Assembly: GCA_008080735.1 (NCBI GenBank)
Contig: SHMW01000072.1
Coordinates: forward strand, 1-21,717
Origin: Promethearchaeota archaeon
GTDB taxonomy: Archaea > Asgardarchaeota > Lokiarchaeia > Sigyniarchaeales > SOKP01
Length of the DNA: 21,717 nt
Direction: 5' to 3'
Made by a program: the position numbers and the translations under genes. The notes beneath the pieces were generated by a model, which saw only the letters and a list, made by a program, of their open reading frames with translations, was not told where the DNA came from and searched no databases. Each line of letters begins with the position of its first letter. Positions within the stretch are counted from its first letter, which is position 1. Shown piece after piece: positions 1 through 9,599 of the stretch.

Positions 1-197
1 TCAATCCTTCTTTTCCTATCTTTAATGGATATGAGCCGTTTATCTTAGATTTTAAACCATTTTAGCTTTCTTTTTCTATTGCTTTTTTATGTGAACCTAA
101 ATCTAATAGAGAAGATCCAAAAGCGCAAGATGATGCCGCTGAATTAGAAATTATAATATGAGTAGAGCTAATTCCTATTCAAAAAATTAGGAAAATG

Positions 198-265
198 CTA
201 AATACAACAATTTAATAGTTGAGATCAATATTATTATACTAAATACAACAATTTAATAGTTGAGA
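198..265. repeat. Exact 27-bp direct repeat CTAAATACAACAATTTAATAGTTGAGA (198-224 and 239-265) immediately upstream of the DUF47 gene
   Basis: Two identical copies read from the sequence, period 41 bp, 14-bp spacer. Each copy contains a CAAC-N9-GTTG inverted repeat. Confidence 0.9.
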
Positions 266-270
266 ATAAA

Positions 271-909
271 ATGGCAAGTACTATAGATGAGATCACCAGC
301 TTGTTGATAGAGCATTCACGAATCTTATATCAAGTTGTAAGCGATATGGGCGTCTATTATACGGATTGGCAAGAAGGAAAAAAAGCAAGTAAGAAAGATT
401 TGAAAAAGCGGATGAGTAAATTGCAATTACTCGAAGAAGATGCCGATAACATTAAAATTCGCTTAATCAAAGAATTTTCCGAAGCCAGCGCTCAAGGTTT
501 AGGAGATTATATGACTCTTATCTTACGTATGGATAATGTGATTAATGCGGCCTTAGAATTTGTTGATATTCTTTCAAAAATCGACGCTATTGAAGAGTTT
601 AATGAGGATATGAAGAGCTCTTATCATAAAATGATTAACACAATCTTGGAGATGACCAATGTTCTGAAACTCGCCATTAAGAATCTTCGTGATAATCCGC
701 AAGAGGTATTTCAGAATACCACTAATATCCATGAACTTGAAAATGATATAGATTTAGTGTTTCGAGAATTTCTCGATTATTTATATAATAATAAAGAGAT
801 TGATATTCGATTACTTCTACGAATACGAGACAGCATTAAGATCTTAGAAGAATTGGCAGATCGTATTCACGATATCGGTGATCTATTAAGGGTATTAAGA
901 TATTCTTAA
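271..909 (+). CDS. DUF47 / PhoU-like phosphate transport regulator
   Basis: 212 aa, helical, with two PhoU-like repeats carrying E-x3-D motifs (LEEDADNIK, ELENDID) and the C-terminal EELADRIHD pattern typical of DUF47. Confidence 0.8.
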   Translation: MASTIDEITSLLIEHSRILYQVVSDMGVYYTDWQEGKKASKKDLKKRMSKLQLLEEDADNIKIRLIKEFSEASAQGLGDYMTLILRMDNVINAALEFVDILSKIDAIEEFNEDMKSSYHKMINTILEMTNVLKLAIKNLRDNPQEVFQNTTNIHELENDIDLVFREFLDYLYNNKEIDIRLLLRIRDSIKILEELADRIHDIGDLLRVLRYS

Positions 910-1000
910 GCTTTTTCCCTCATATCAGAAATAGATAATCTTCCTTTTTGGTTCTCTTATTTTCCATCCATTAATTCCATCGTCAAGCCAGTTTTCTCTT

Positions 1001-1603
1001 TTAGGGTTTAAACCATTCGAAAAAATAATAACTCTTTTTATCTGGGTTAGCAATTACAAATTTTTTTCTCACTGAAGTTGCTAATCTGCCTGCGCGTACT
1101 ATTTCAATAGCACTAATGTTAGAATCATGGGGGAGTGCATGAACGATAAATGGAGAATGTTCTAATCCCGGTCCTTTTTTGTAGACAACGAAGTCAGCCC
1201 CAAATTTCAACCCAGGACGGGGTATGTATCCCTTTTCTCTGAGATCTTCATAAATAATGAACTTTTCTTCAAATTTTTTATGAATTTCACACGCTCTTTC
1301 GTAAAAGTCCTCTGTATTGAGATCTTTTTCATTTTCTACGTCATATATACTAATCCTCCCAGCTTTAAGGAGGTGGTATGCTTCAAGGAGAGAAAGCTCG
1401 GAGGGCTTGGAAAAATATTCTAAGCGGGGTTTGCTAATACCTAATGGTGCTCCAAAAAACTTCTCTTTTACATATAAATAGGACGCATACAGCGGATTGA
1501 AAACAATAACTCTGGAATTAATCAATTTTGTGGGGATCTTTTCGGGGATATCCTCCTCTTCAATCTCCTCAAGAGAGATTTCTTCTGCTTCGTGCTCACT
1601 CAT
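1001..1603 (-). CDS. endA: tRNA-intron (splicing) endonuclease, catalytic subunit
   Basis: ELSLLEAYHL N-domain motif; YEDLREKGY..RPGLKFGADFVVYKKGPGLEHS; RAGRLATSVRK. The Tyr-His-Lys catalytic triad is present. Confidence 0.95.
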   Translation of the reverse strand: MSEHEAEEISLEEIEEEDIPEKIPTKLINSRVIVFNPLYASYLYVKEKFFGAPLGISKPRLEYFSKPSELSLLEAYHLLKAGRISIYDVENEKDLNTEDFYERACEIHKKFEEKFIIYEDLREKGYIPRPGLKFGADFVVYKKGPGLEHSPFIVHALPHDSNISAIEIVRAGRLATSVRKKFVIANPDKKSYYFFEWFKP

Positions 1604-1738
1604 TAATAGTAATAAGGTTTGATAATTTATTATTATTATTCCTAAAATAGAGTTCTTAGAAAAATGAAGTGTTATCTATTTAAATGCTTGTATCTTTAGT
1701 TGAAATAGTATAGAATGAATTGTAATAAATGATTAAAA

Positions 1739-2644
1739 ATGTCAAGAAGAAGGACTGCTGTTGCAGGGCAATTCTATCCTGGGAATGAATCAAGTCTTAT
1801 TCGGAAGATTGAAGATGCTTTTAAGGATGAAACCTTCGGTCCGGGAAGATTACCCGAATTAAAAAATAAAGAGAAAAGGACTATAATTGGGGGGACGGCT
1901 CCACATGCGGGATATGATTATTCTGCTCCCGCCGCGGCTTGGACATATCTTAATATATTTGAAGAGAAGATGCCCGATACTGTTATAATCTTGGGAACTG
2001 ACCATGTAGGGTATAATAAAATTGCTTTAATGGATAAAGGTGCGTGGGATACACCCATCGGGGAATTAGAAATCGATTCAGAGGTAGCAGATCGTATTCT
2101 TTCAAATAGTGATATAATTATCGCTGATGATTCAGCATTTATAGGATTTCCCTTTGGAAGAGAACACAATATAGAGGTCCAATTACCTTTTATTAAATAC
2201 TTTGCTAAGCAGAAAGATGTAAAAATTATCCCTATTAAACTTACCACCAAAAATTTTGGTAAACTTGATAAAATTGCCACTGATTTGGCCTCATCTATGA
2301 AAGAACTAGATCAAGATATAATAATTATCGCCTCTTCGGATATGACCCATAAACAGCCCCGAAATCCCTCTAATCCTCAACAAGACCTTGAACAGATGAG
2401 AAAGCAAGATCAAGCGGTTATTAATGCCTTTAAAGAATTTGATCCCAAGAAAACATTGGAATATGCTCAGAAAACCAGTGTTTGTGGACCGCAAACTATA
2501 ACAACTCTGATGCTCACGTGTAAAAAATTGGGTGGGACAAGAACTAAACCTCTTACATATTATACGAGTTATGAGAAAATGGGAGGGCAAGGACCATGCG
2601 ACTATTCGGTAGGATATTTCTCGGGTATCATTCTCACAGATTAA
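1739..2644 (+). CDS. MEMO1 family protein (AmmeMemoRadiSam system protein B)
   Basis: AVAGQFYP, PHAGYDYS, WDTPIG, EHNIEVQLPF, IIASSDMTH, SVCG and SVGY motifs of the Memo family. Confidence 0.93.
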   Translation: MSRRRTAVAGQFYPGNESSLIRKIEDAFKDETFGPGRLPELKNKEKRTIIGGTAPHAGYDYSAPAAAWTYLNIFEEKMPDTVIILGTDHVGYNKIALMDKGAWDTPIGELEIDSEVADRILSNSDIIIADDSAFIGFPFGREHNIEVQLPFIKYFAKQKDVKIIPIKLTTKNFGKLDKIATDLASSMKELDQDIIIIASSDMTHKQPRNPSNPQQDLEQMRKQDQAVINAFKEFDPKKTLEYAQKTSVCGPQTITTLMLTCKKLGGTRTKPLTYYTSYEKMGGQGPCDYSVGYFSGIILTD

Positions 2645-2787
2645 TATATGACTACTTATTTCTTTTAATATTATACCCTCATTTCACTTTTGAGAAGCAA
2701 TGCGCAATTTGATTACTTTAGTTCTCATTCATTACAATGTAATAAAATTAAAAATTTATATTAAAAATAAACCTATAAATAATACAA

Positions 2788-3846
2788 ATGTCAGAAGAAG
2801 AAGATTTTCTTTCACAATTTAGAAAGAAAGTTTCTGAAGAAATGGAAAATCCTTCCGCTATTGGAGAAACCTTGGATAAATTAGATAAACTTGAACAAGA
2901 AAATGAAGTATTAAGAAAAAAAATTGAAGAAAACGTAGAATTGATAAAAAAATCAGAAGACTTCATTAAAAAATCCGCTGATGAAAAAGAAAAATTAAAA
3001 AGAGAAAAGGATGAATTAGCAGAAAAATACGACGCCCGAATTGAAAATTTGGAAACTCAGATAGAGAACTTGAACCGTCAGCTTTCTCTTAAAGTAGATC
3101 AATTAAATAATAAAGATAATCAAATAAATAAGCTACAACTTCAGATAAATGAATTAGAAGCAGCTCCCCAACAAGCACCCGATATAAATACTACATTAAT
3201 CGAGGATCTCCAGTCTGAATTATCGAAGAAAAAATCTCACATTCAGAAACTAATTGATAAAATAAATCTAATTGAGTCTAATTTGAATAGCCTTCAAGAG
3301 GAAAAACAAAATTTAGAATCCAAAATAATAGATTTAGAAAGTAGTGGAGCGAATAATATTGCACAAGGATCTCCTGGAACAGGTTCTCCAACACTGGAGA
3401 TTCTATGTCAAGATCTACAATCTGAATTAAATAAATACAAAAATCTTGCAGATAAATTTAAAACTGAAAACCAAAATCTCAAGAGTAGATTAGGACAAGG
3501 AGAAAGCGCCCCCATCGAAGACTCTGAAGAAATTATTGCGCTAAGAGAAGAAAACGAACGATTTAGACAGCAAATCAATCAATATCAGAATCAACTGAAT
3601 AATCAAAACATTATAACTTCTCAAACTAAAGACCTACAACAAGAACTAAATGAATTAAAACAAGAAATTCAAGAAAAAGATCACACTATCACTAATTTGC
3701 GGACGAAATTAGCTCAGCAAACCCCCGCATCGTCTACATCTGGACCAGTTTCAGATTTAGTAGAAGATTTGCAGAAAAAAATTAATAAGTTAAAATCAGA
3801 TTTGAGGGAAAAAGATTCAATCATAGATCAACTAAAAAATTCATAG
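2788..3846 (+). CDS. Long segmented coiled-coil protein of unknown function
   Basis: 352 aa rich in E/K/Q/L/N with a heptad pattern, broken by P/G/S/T-rich linkers; recurrent DLQxxL/I motif. Confidence 0.85.
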   Translation: MSEEEDFLSQFRKKVSEEMENPSAIGETLDKLDKLEQENEVLRKKIEENVELIKKSEDFIKKSADEKEKLKREKDELAEKYDARIENLETQIENLNRQLSLKVDQLNNKDNQINKLQLQINELEAAPQQAPDINTTLIEDLQSELSKKKSHIQKLIDKINLIESNLNSLQEEKQNLESKIIDLESSGANNIAQGSPGTGSPTLEILCQDLQSELNKYKNLADKFKTENQNLKSRLGQGESAPIEDSEEIIALREENERFRQQINQYQNQLNNQNIITSQTKDLQQELNELKQEIQEKDHTITNLRTKLAQQTPASSTSGPVSDLVEDLQKKINKLKSDLREKDSIIDQLKNS

Positions 3847-3962
3847 ATAAATCCTAGGTTGTATAATTTTAAATTTTTGGATTGTGTGGACTTAAATTAT
3901 GATATTTCCTTTTTTAAATTTATTTGAAATGATTCATTTAGAAAAATAGGTGAGCTTATTTT

Positions 3963-4928
3963 TTGACCCCAAAGATAGTCTTTATCGGACATATCGCAAT
4001 TGACACAGTCTTCAAATTAGGAAAGAAAACCGATCCTTCTCTTGGGGGATCTGTCTCATATTGTTCCATTTCTTTAAGAGAGTACAATCAAGATGTCGAA
4101 ATTGGTATTATCTCTACTTTCAACGAATCATTATATAAAGATTCAATTTTATTACCACTAAGAAAGAATGATATTGACCTCAAAGGTCTAAAATTAGTAG
4201 AAGATAAACCTACGAGATTTGTCTTGAAATATATCAATCATTCAAGAAAATTAAAGCTGAAATCGAGATGTCCTGACCTAAAATTTGATGATATCCCCAG
4301 TTCTTTTTTTGAGGATCCTCCTGGAGCGGTATGCTTTGTGCCGATATGTAATGAAATCCCATATAGTTTAGTAAAAAAAATAAAAGAAAAATTGCCAAAT
4401 ATTTATTATGGGATTGATGTGCAAGGATTTATAAGAAAAATAAACCGAAGAGGGAAGATAAAACTCACAAGAGATGAAAACTTGATCGATGAATTGAAAC
4501 GAATTATAGAATTGTTAGGAAATCATCTTATTATTAAAGGTTCTGAAGAAGAGATGAAATTGATCTCTGGAAGGCAAGAATGGGACGGGATAATGGAATA
4601 TTTCAAACAATTCGATTGTATCTCCATAATGACTTTGGGAGAAAAAGGATCTCTCATTGCTAAAAAGGATAAAAACATAATAACTATTCCAGCTTTTCAA
4701 CCCTGCTGCGTAATAGATGAAACCGGTGCGGGAGATGTCTATCTATCCATATTATTATATGAATTCCTCAATTCAAATAAATCGTGGGATGCGATTAGAG
4801 ACGCGGCATATTTTGCATCCTCAGCCGCATCATTTGAAGTAGAAAGGAAAGGAGTGAATGGATTTCAATCTTTATCCAAAGTTCAAGAACGAATAAATGA
4901 AGGTAATGTAATTAAGAGGTCAAATTAA
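3963..4928 (+). CDS. PfkB/ribokinase family carbohydrate kinase
   Basis: IGHIAID and LGGSVSY at the N-terminus; TLGEKGS; DETGAGD anion-hole motif. TTG start preceded by SD-like AGGTGA. Confidence 0.9.
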   Translation: MTPKIVFIGHIAIDTVFKLGKKTDPSLGGSVSYCSISLREYNQDVEIGIISTFNESLYKDSILLPLRKNDIDLKGLKLVEDKPTRFVLKYINHSRKLKLKSRCPDLKFDDIPSSFFEDPPGAVCFVPICNEIPYSLVKKIKEKLPNIYYGIDVQGFIRKINRRGKIKLTRDENLIDELKRIIELLGNHLIIKGSEEEMKLISGRQEWDGIMEYFKQFDCISIMTLGEKGSLIAKKDKNIITIPAFQPCCVIDETGAGDVYLSILLYEFLNSNKSWDAIRDAAYFASSAASFEVERKGVNGFQSLSKVQERINEGNVIKRSN

Positions 4929-4929
4929 A

Positions 4930-5520
4930 TTGCACATAAACTCACATTATGCTTTAGGTGTTATCATTGCTTCAATTTCTACTTACTATTTGGATTTTAT
5001 TGCTCTTGAATATACCTTAATTATCATCGCCTCTTTTATATGCGATTTTGATGTATTTTTCTCTCTATATGCTCGTGATAGAAACCATAGAAATCTTATT
5101 ACCCATTCAATTATACCCAGTGTAATTATTATCATCATTGGAGTTATTTTCAATTGGTTAGGGTTAATTATTGCAGGGTTTGCCTATTTACTTCACGTTG
5201 TCATCGATACCTTTGATTGGGGTACGAATCTTTTTTATTTTCCTAAAAAAACGATTGGTTTAAGATTTTTAATCTCTAAAGATGAGGAAGAAAATTTGGA
5301 TAAATATTTATCCAAATACAAAGTGAAATCTTCGTTCTTCGATTTTAAGTATTATAACAGTAAAATCTTCTTATTCAGTGAGATATTTCTTTTTTTTGTT
5401 ATGCTCTTTATAATTTCACTATTCACGTTGGAGTACTACTATGTCCTCTTTTTCTATTTTCCTTTCTTATTTTTTCATTTAGGGCGACATTATAAGCTTA
5501 AAAATATTGAAAAAAGTTAA
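4930..5520 (+). CDS. Membrane-bound metal-dependent hydrolase (YdjM-like)
   Basis: N-terminal His, DFD, HRNLITHS and LLHVVID motifs with hydrophobic helices. TTG start 1 nt after the pfkB stop, SD-like AAGAGGT. Confidence 0.8.
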   Translation: MHINSHYALGVIIASISTYYLDFIALEYTLIIIASFICDFDVFFSLYARDRNHRNLITHSIIPSVIIIIIGVIFNWLGLIIAGFAYLLHVVIDTFDWGTNLFYFPKKTIGLRFLISKDEEENLDKYLSKYKVKSSFFDFKYYNSKIFLFSEIFLFFVMLFIISLFTLEYYYVLFFYFPFLFFHLGRHYKLKNIEKS

Positions 5521-5572
5521 AGTCTGGTAATTATCCGCATAAAAATTCTAATAACAACCATAAAGAATAATG

Positions 5573-5593
5573 TTCCATATAGATAATATGGAA
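5573..5593. promoter_or_regulatory. Perfect 8-bp inverted repeat TTCCATAT-N5-ATATGGAA upstream of the OsmC gene (operator or terminator hairpin)
   Basis: Palindrome seen directly; function is inferred from position only. Confidence 0.4.
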
Positions 5594-5679
5594 TAAAGCC
5601 AAGATTAATTTTTTATTATCTAAAAATTAAAAAATTCTGATTTTCCATAATTATTAAAAATCAATTTAAAGAAATCAAA

Positions 5680-6123
5680 ATGTCAGATTCAGAGAAAAAA
5701 CAAATTCAAGTCGGGCTAAAATTAGAAGACCAAATGATCTTTAAGTGTGATCTTGGTGAGATTAAAGTAGAAGATTGCTATATTGATGAAACCCATGATA
5801 AAGAAGCAGAAATGTGGGGACCTAATCCTTCTCGAATGTTAGGAACAGCTATTATAGGATGTTTGAGCGCGAGTTTTATCTTTTGTTTAAAAAAGAAAGA
5901 GTTTACAGTAAAAGATCTCGACGCTAAAGCAGAAGTTACCGTTGGGAGAAATGAAAAAGGCTTTTGGCGGGTGTTAAATATAGATGTGGTTATTAAACCA
6001 AAGATAGATACCCCTGAAATGAGAAAACGAGCTGATCGGTGTCGTAAAATGTTTGAAGACTATTGTATAGTCACTCAAGCTGTCCGAGAAGGGATAAATG
6101 TGGATGTAACTCTTGATTATTAG
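5680..6123 (+). CDS. OsmC/Ohr family protein
   Basis: DE..GPNP..L..A..GC and YCIVT: both conserved OsmC cysteines present; 147 aa. Confidence 0.9.
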   Translation: MSDSEKKQIQVGLKLEDQMIFKCDLGEIKVEDCYIDETHDKEAEMWGPNPSRMLGTAIIGCLSASFIFCLKKKEFTVKDLDAKAEVTVGRNEKGFWRVLNIDVVIKPKIDTPEMRKRADRCRKMFEDYCIVTQAVREGINVDVTLDY

Positions 6124-6233
6124 CGGAACTTTTTAATGTCCAATTAACTTTCAACTTAAGCCCACCATGTAGTATATTATTTCTTTATTTTTTCCTTTCC
6201 GTTATTGGAATTTCATAAGCGTTTATACAGAAT

Positions 6234-6776
6234 TTATTTGGAAACAAGAAGAAATTCTTCAAGAGGATCAAAAAATTCACTCATTATTTGCTCCACTTCT
6301 CCTTCAGACGTTCTAAAAAGGTTTGCTAGTATTTCTTTATTAGGTAAAGTCCAAGTACTATTTGATTCAACTAAGATTCGATCATCCAAGTTTTTTATAT
6401 GCGAATGAATGATGACGTGTGTTTTTTCATGTGACCCGATTTTCCCTTGTACTAGAATATCTTCATTAATATAAATGGGTTTAAGGTAGTTTAAAGAGAA
6501 ATGTTGAGTTACTCCTAATCTTTTTAAATTCGCAGATATGGTCCAAGCAGACACCTCATCAAGAATTGTTGCGATTATCCCGCCATGACCAAGACTTTGA
6601 AAGCCACGATACTTTGAGGGAATTCGATATTTGGTAAAGACTATTCCATCAAGATACCAGAATTTAAGATTTAATCCTGATGGATTTTTACACGCAAAAC
6701 AATCTCCTGAATAATTATTTGGTAAAGCTGGATTATGAGCTATATACTCCATTAAATCATTGGCATTATATTCCAT
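6234..6776 (-). CDS. PaaI family hot-dog fold thioesterase
   Basis: CFAC..NPSGL.L.F, HGGIIATILDE and LNYLKP motifs. Confidence 0.9.
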   Translation of the reverse strand: MEYNANDLMEYIAHNPALPNNYSGDCFACKNPSGLNLKFWYLDGIVFTKYRIPSKYRGFQSLGHGGIIATILDEVSAWTISANLKRLGVTQHFSLNYLKPIYINEDILVQGKIGSHEKTHVIIHSHIKNLDDRILVESNSTWTLPNKEILANLFRTSEGEVEQIMSEFFDPLEEFLLVSK

Positions 6777-6904
6777 TCTTAATCACTTTTATTTGGTAAA
6801 TTAGTAGTATATCATATTAACTTGTATTAAAAAAAGACTGGCTTATCAATTATGAGTAAATTAATTCGAAAAAGAGAAATGAAAAACTTTATAGATATTT
6901 TGAC

Positions 6905-7624
6905 TTATAACTCGTAAATTTTCCCAACTTTTCCAATCGAACATCTTTCTTTGAATTGGTTTTGGAAGGTGTTAATTTTGGATGTACAATGAAAAAGAAC
7001 GATATTTTTAATTTTCGGAGACAAATTCGTTGCTTCTTGGTCTGTAAAGCTAAATCCATGAAGACCCCCTATTATGGTGAGAGGAAATTCGTTGGATAAT
7101 CCGAGCTTCTCTCTGTTTTGCAGAAATTTGTTTAGTCCGGGATGACAGCATCCACATAATAGAATTAGGTTTTGATTTGTTTTTACGTAGCAAGCATGTT
7201 CATATACTCCTCCATAATCAGAGGAGTAAAAACTATCAGTCAGAAATAAATTCGGACTAATTTCATCTAAATTTCTGCTCACTTCTATCATTTTCTTATT
7301 CTTTAAGGGTATTTTTTTCCCTTTAAAACGTATTTCTTTATCCCAATCTTTATGTACATATACTGGAAGATCGGGATTGGTTTTTAGAAGCAAGGGTAAA
7401 CCATTCGTGTGGTCATAATGATTATGACTTAATATTACCGCATCTAAGTCTCTGGCATCATATCCCATAAGATTTAAATTTTTTATTAATGGGTCTTCCT
7501 TTGTACCCGTATCAAACAGTACGTTTGTATTACCAATCTTTATTAACGCTGCGAATCCGTATGAAAGGGTGAAATCATCCACGGCACCATCTAAATCATC
7601 AACTAAAACAGTAATATTTCCCAT
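6905..7624 (-). CDS. Metallo-beta-lactamase fold hydrolase (COG1237-like)
   Basis: LFDTG, LSHNHYDHTNG (HxHxDH), GCCHPG, IGGLH and HCT motifs. Confidence 0.88.
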   Translation of the reverse strand: MGNITVLVDDLDGAVDDFTLSYGFAALIKIGNTNVLFDTGTKEDPLIKNLNLMGYDARDLDAVILSHNHYDHTNGLPLLLKTNPDLPVYVHKDWDKEIRFKGKKIPLKNKKMIEVSRNLDEISPNLFLTDSFYSSDYGGVYEHACYVKTNQNLILLCGCCHPGLNKFLQNREKLGLSNEFPLTIIGGLHGFSFTDQEATNLSPKIKNIVLFHCTSKINTFQNQFKERCSIGKVGKIYEL

Positions 7625-7700
7625 AATTAGTTTTTCGAGAGAGAAGTGTATTTATTTTATTTTAGAGAGATATAGATTCCTTTAAATATTTATCCACAGA

Positions 7701-8681
7701 CTAATCCCGAATGCCATCATCCGTAATGGAAAATACAGCATCCGCCTCAGGAAGATGTGGTGCATCGACCACTTTAGCCACTCTCTGCTCTCCCTTTCCT
7801 TTACGGAGATAAATACGTATGGTAGATCCATGGGCTACGATATTTCCGCCCGTATGCGTAGTAGGATTACCATAAAAGACATCTGGTTTTGAAGATACTT
7901 GATTTGTAAAAAGCACTGCCAACTCATCATAGGTTTCGCTTAATCTGAGAAGATCATGAATGTGAGTGTTTAAAATTTGTTGTCGTGTAGCCAATGTTCC
8001 ACGACCAATATATTCACTTCGAAAATGGCTTATTATCGAATCCACAATAATTAATTTGATATTTTTTTCAGTTATGATTTTCGATGATTCTTTCGCTAAT
8101 AGAATTTGATGATCGGAATTATATGCCCGACCAACAACAATTTTTTTAAGCACTTCATTATAATCCAAATCCAGTGCTTCTGCCATATTTATTACTCGTT
8201 CTGGTCTGAATGTTCCTTCCGCATCAATATATAATGCCCCCCCATTTACACCACCCTCTTCATAGGGTAATTGGGCATTTACACATAGTTGATGTGCGAG
8301 CTGAGTTTTGCCCGTTCGATATTCACCAAATAATTCTGTAACCGATCCAGTCTCGATACCACCTCCTAGTAATTCATCGAGATTATTGCTACCTGTAGTT
8401 ATTCTCTTTAAATCTCGACGCTTTTCCCATATCCTCTCTGCGGATTTAAATCCCATCTTTTCAAGATCTTGAGCTGCTTTTACTAATTTAATTGAGGTTT
8501 TCTCTCCGAGTCCAGCATCATCCATAAGTTTGGCAATAGGATATAATGCAAGCGATCTAACCGTAAGGATCCCCGCATCTCGCAATTTCTTTCTAGTAGC
8601 TTCTCCCACTCCCGAAATATCTTCAAGTTGAAATTCATTCTTTTTCGAATCGCTATCTGAGCTGTCCGTATTATCTGGCAT
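7701..8681 (-). CDS. radA: DNA repair and recombination protein RadA (Rad51/Dmc1 family)
   Basis: N-terminal HhH domain (LEDISGVG), FxxA polymerisation motif (FKSA), Walker [21 protein letters not shown], Walker B LIIVDS, TNQV, and C-terminal [19 protein letters not shown]. Confidence 0.97.
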   Translation of the reverse strand: MPDNTDSSDSDSKKNEFQLEDISGVGEATRKKLRDAGILTVRSLALYPIAKLMDDAGLGEKTSIKLVKAAQDLEKMGFKSAERIWEKRRDLKRITTGSNNLDELLGGGIETGSVTELFGEYRTGKTQLAHQLCVNAQLPYEEGGVNGGALYIDAEGTFRPERVINMAEALDLDYNEVLKKIVVGRAYNSDHQILLAKESSKIITEKNIKLIIVDSIISHFRSEYIGRGTLATRQQILNTHIHDLLRLSETYDELAVLFTNQVSSKPDVFYGNPTTHTGGNIVAHGSTIRIYLRKGKGEQRVAKVVDAPHLPEADAVFSITDDGIRD

Positions 8682-8793
8682 TTTAAAATTTTATATATAT
8701 TTGCTAATTATGAATCTCTCTAATGTAAATAGTGTTTCAAATATAAAAATAGTTAAGCTAATTTAAAAATTAATCAGAAAAAAAGAAATAAGG

Positions 8794-9462
8794 TTATTTC
8801 ATTTCTTTTCCACTTTTAGTAATTATCAGTAAAACTACAAATAGCACGACGCAAAATAAAAACGTTAACACTGCGACTGCTTCTGCGAGCCAAATGTAGC
8901 TCAGAAGCAAAAATGGAATGATAAAGATTGCTACAATCACTAAAAGAACTGGAAAAGGAATGTCTTCTCCTTTGATGTCGAGTAATAGCGGTCCCATAAT
9001 AAAAATGATCAAAACTGTCAGTAGAACCCTAAATACTAGTACGAAATCTTCTGAAGCTCCTGGAGCATAGATATTTGGAAGCCAAAATAGATCCCAAATA
9101 CTTGCTATATTTGGAAGTAACTTAAGATTTGGTAATATTCCTGGTAAAACTGATGCCACCACTATTTGGATAACAACTGCCAGAATGAAAAATAGGAATA
9201 TATCATCATACTCTTTTGTCTTTCTATACACTAGAATCATATCTCGTAATATGCAGAGGGTCCATAGTCCAAATAAAACAGTATAAACCAAGATAATATC
9301 AAATTCTAAAATCCACATATAATTTATTGGCAATAAAGCTACAATGTAGGCTAAATATCGATAACGTTCATTTCTTTGAAATACATCAAAAAAGAGAAAA
9401 ATGCCATAGATTATGAAAAAGGTTACTAAAATAATAGTAGTGTTTATGTCTAAATTAGCCAA
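8794..9462 (-). CDS. Integral membrane protein of unknown function, about 7 TM helices
   Basis: 222 aa with seven hydrophobic stretches separated by short charged loops. TTG start with SD-like AGGATGAG. Confidence 0.8.
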   Translation of the reverse strand: MANLDINTTIILVTFFIIYGIFLFFDVFQRNERYRYLAYIVALLPINYMWILEFDIILVYTVLFGLWTLCILRDMILVYRKTKEYDDIFLFFILAVVIQIVVASVLPGILPNLKLLPNIASIWDLFWLPNIYAPGASEDFVLVFRVLLTVLIIFIMGPLLLDIKGEDIPFPVLLVIVAIFIIPFLLLSYIWLAEAVAVLTFLFCVVLFVVLLIITKSGKEMK

Positions 9463-9599
9463 GCTAACTCATCCTTTTAATTAATAATTATTGTTTAATA
9501 ATTAAATAATCTCATTAAGACTTAAATATTTTTAATATGCCAATGTTTGAAAAAATTTTCATTTCAAGCTTTAGACCTTTTGAGGTATAAAATAAGATA

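Noticed and set aside
1-180. Possible gene fragment at the left edge (+ frame NPSFPIFNGYEPFILDFKPF* ending at 65, or a minus frame with one internal stop)
   Set aside because: Too short, all frames are interrupted, and no motif is recognisable; it cannot be resolved without upstream sequence.
198-265. 27-bp repeat pair as a mini-CRISPR
   Set aside because: Only two copies, the 14-bp spacer is too short, and there are no cas genes.
1918-2966. Antisense ORFs 1918..2280, 2306..2590 and 2748..2966
   Set aside because: Shadows of the well-supported MEMO1 and coiled-coil genes; no protein-family motifs.
4515-6408. ORFs 4515..4700 (-) and 6205..6408 (+)
   Set aside because: Antisense shadows of the PfkB and thioesterase genes.
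8794-9462. 7-TM protein as a microbial rhodopsin
   Set aside because: No retinal-binding Lys (DxxxK) in helix 7 and no RYxxW motif in helix 3.
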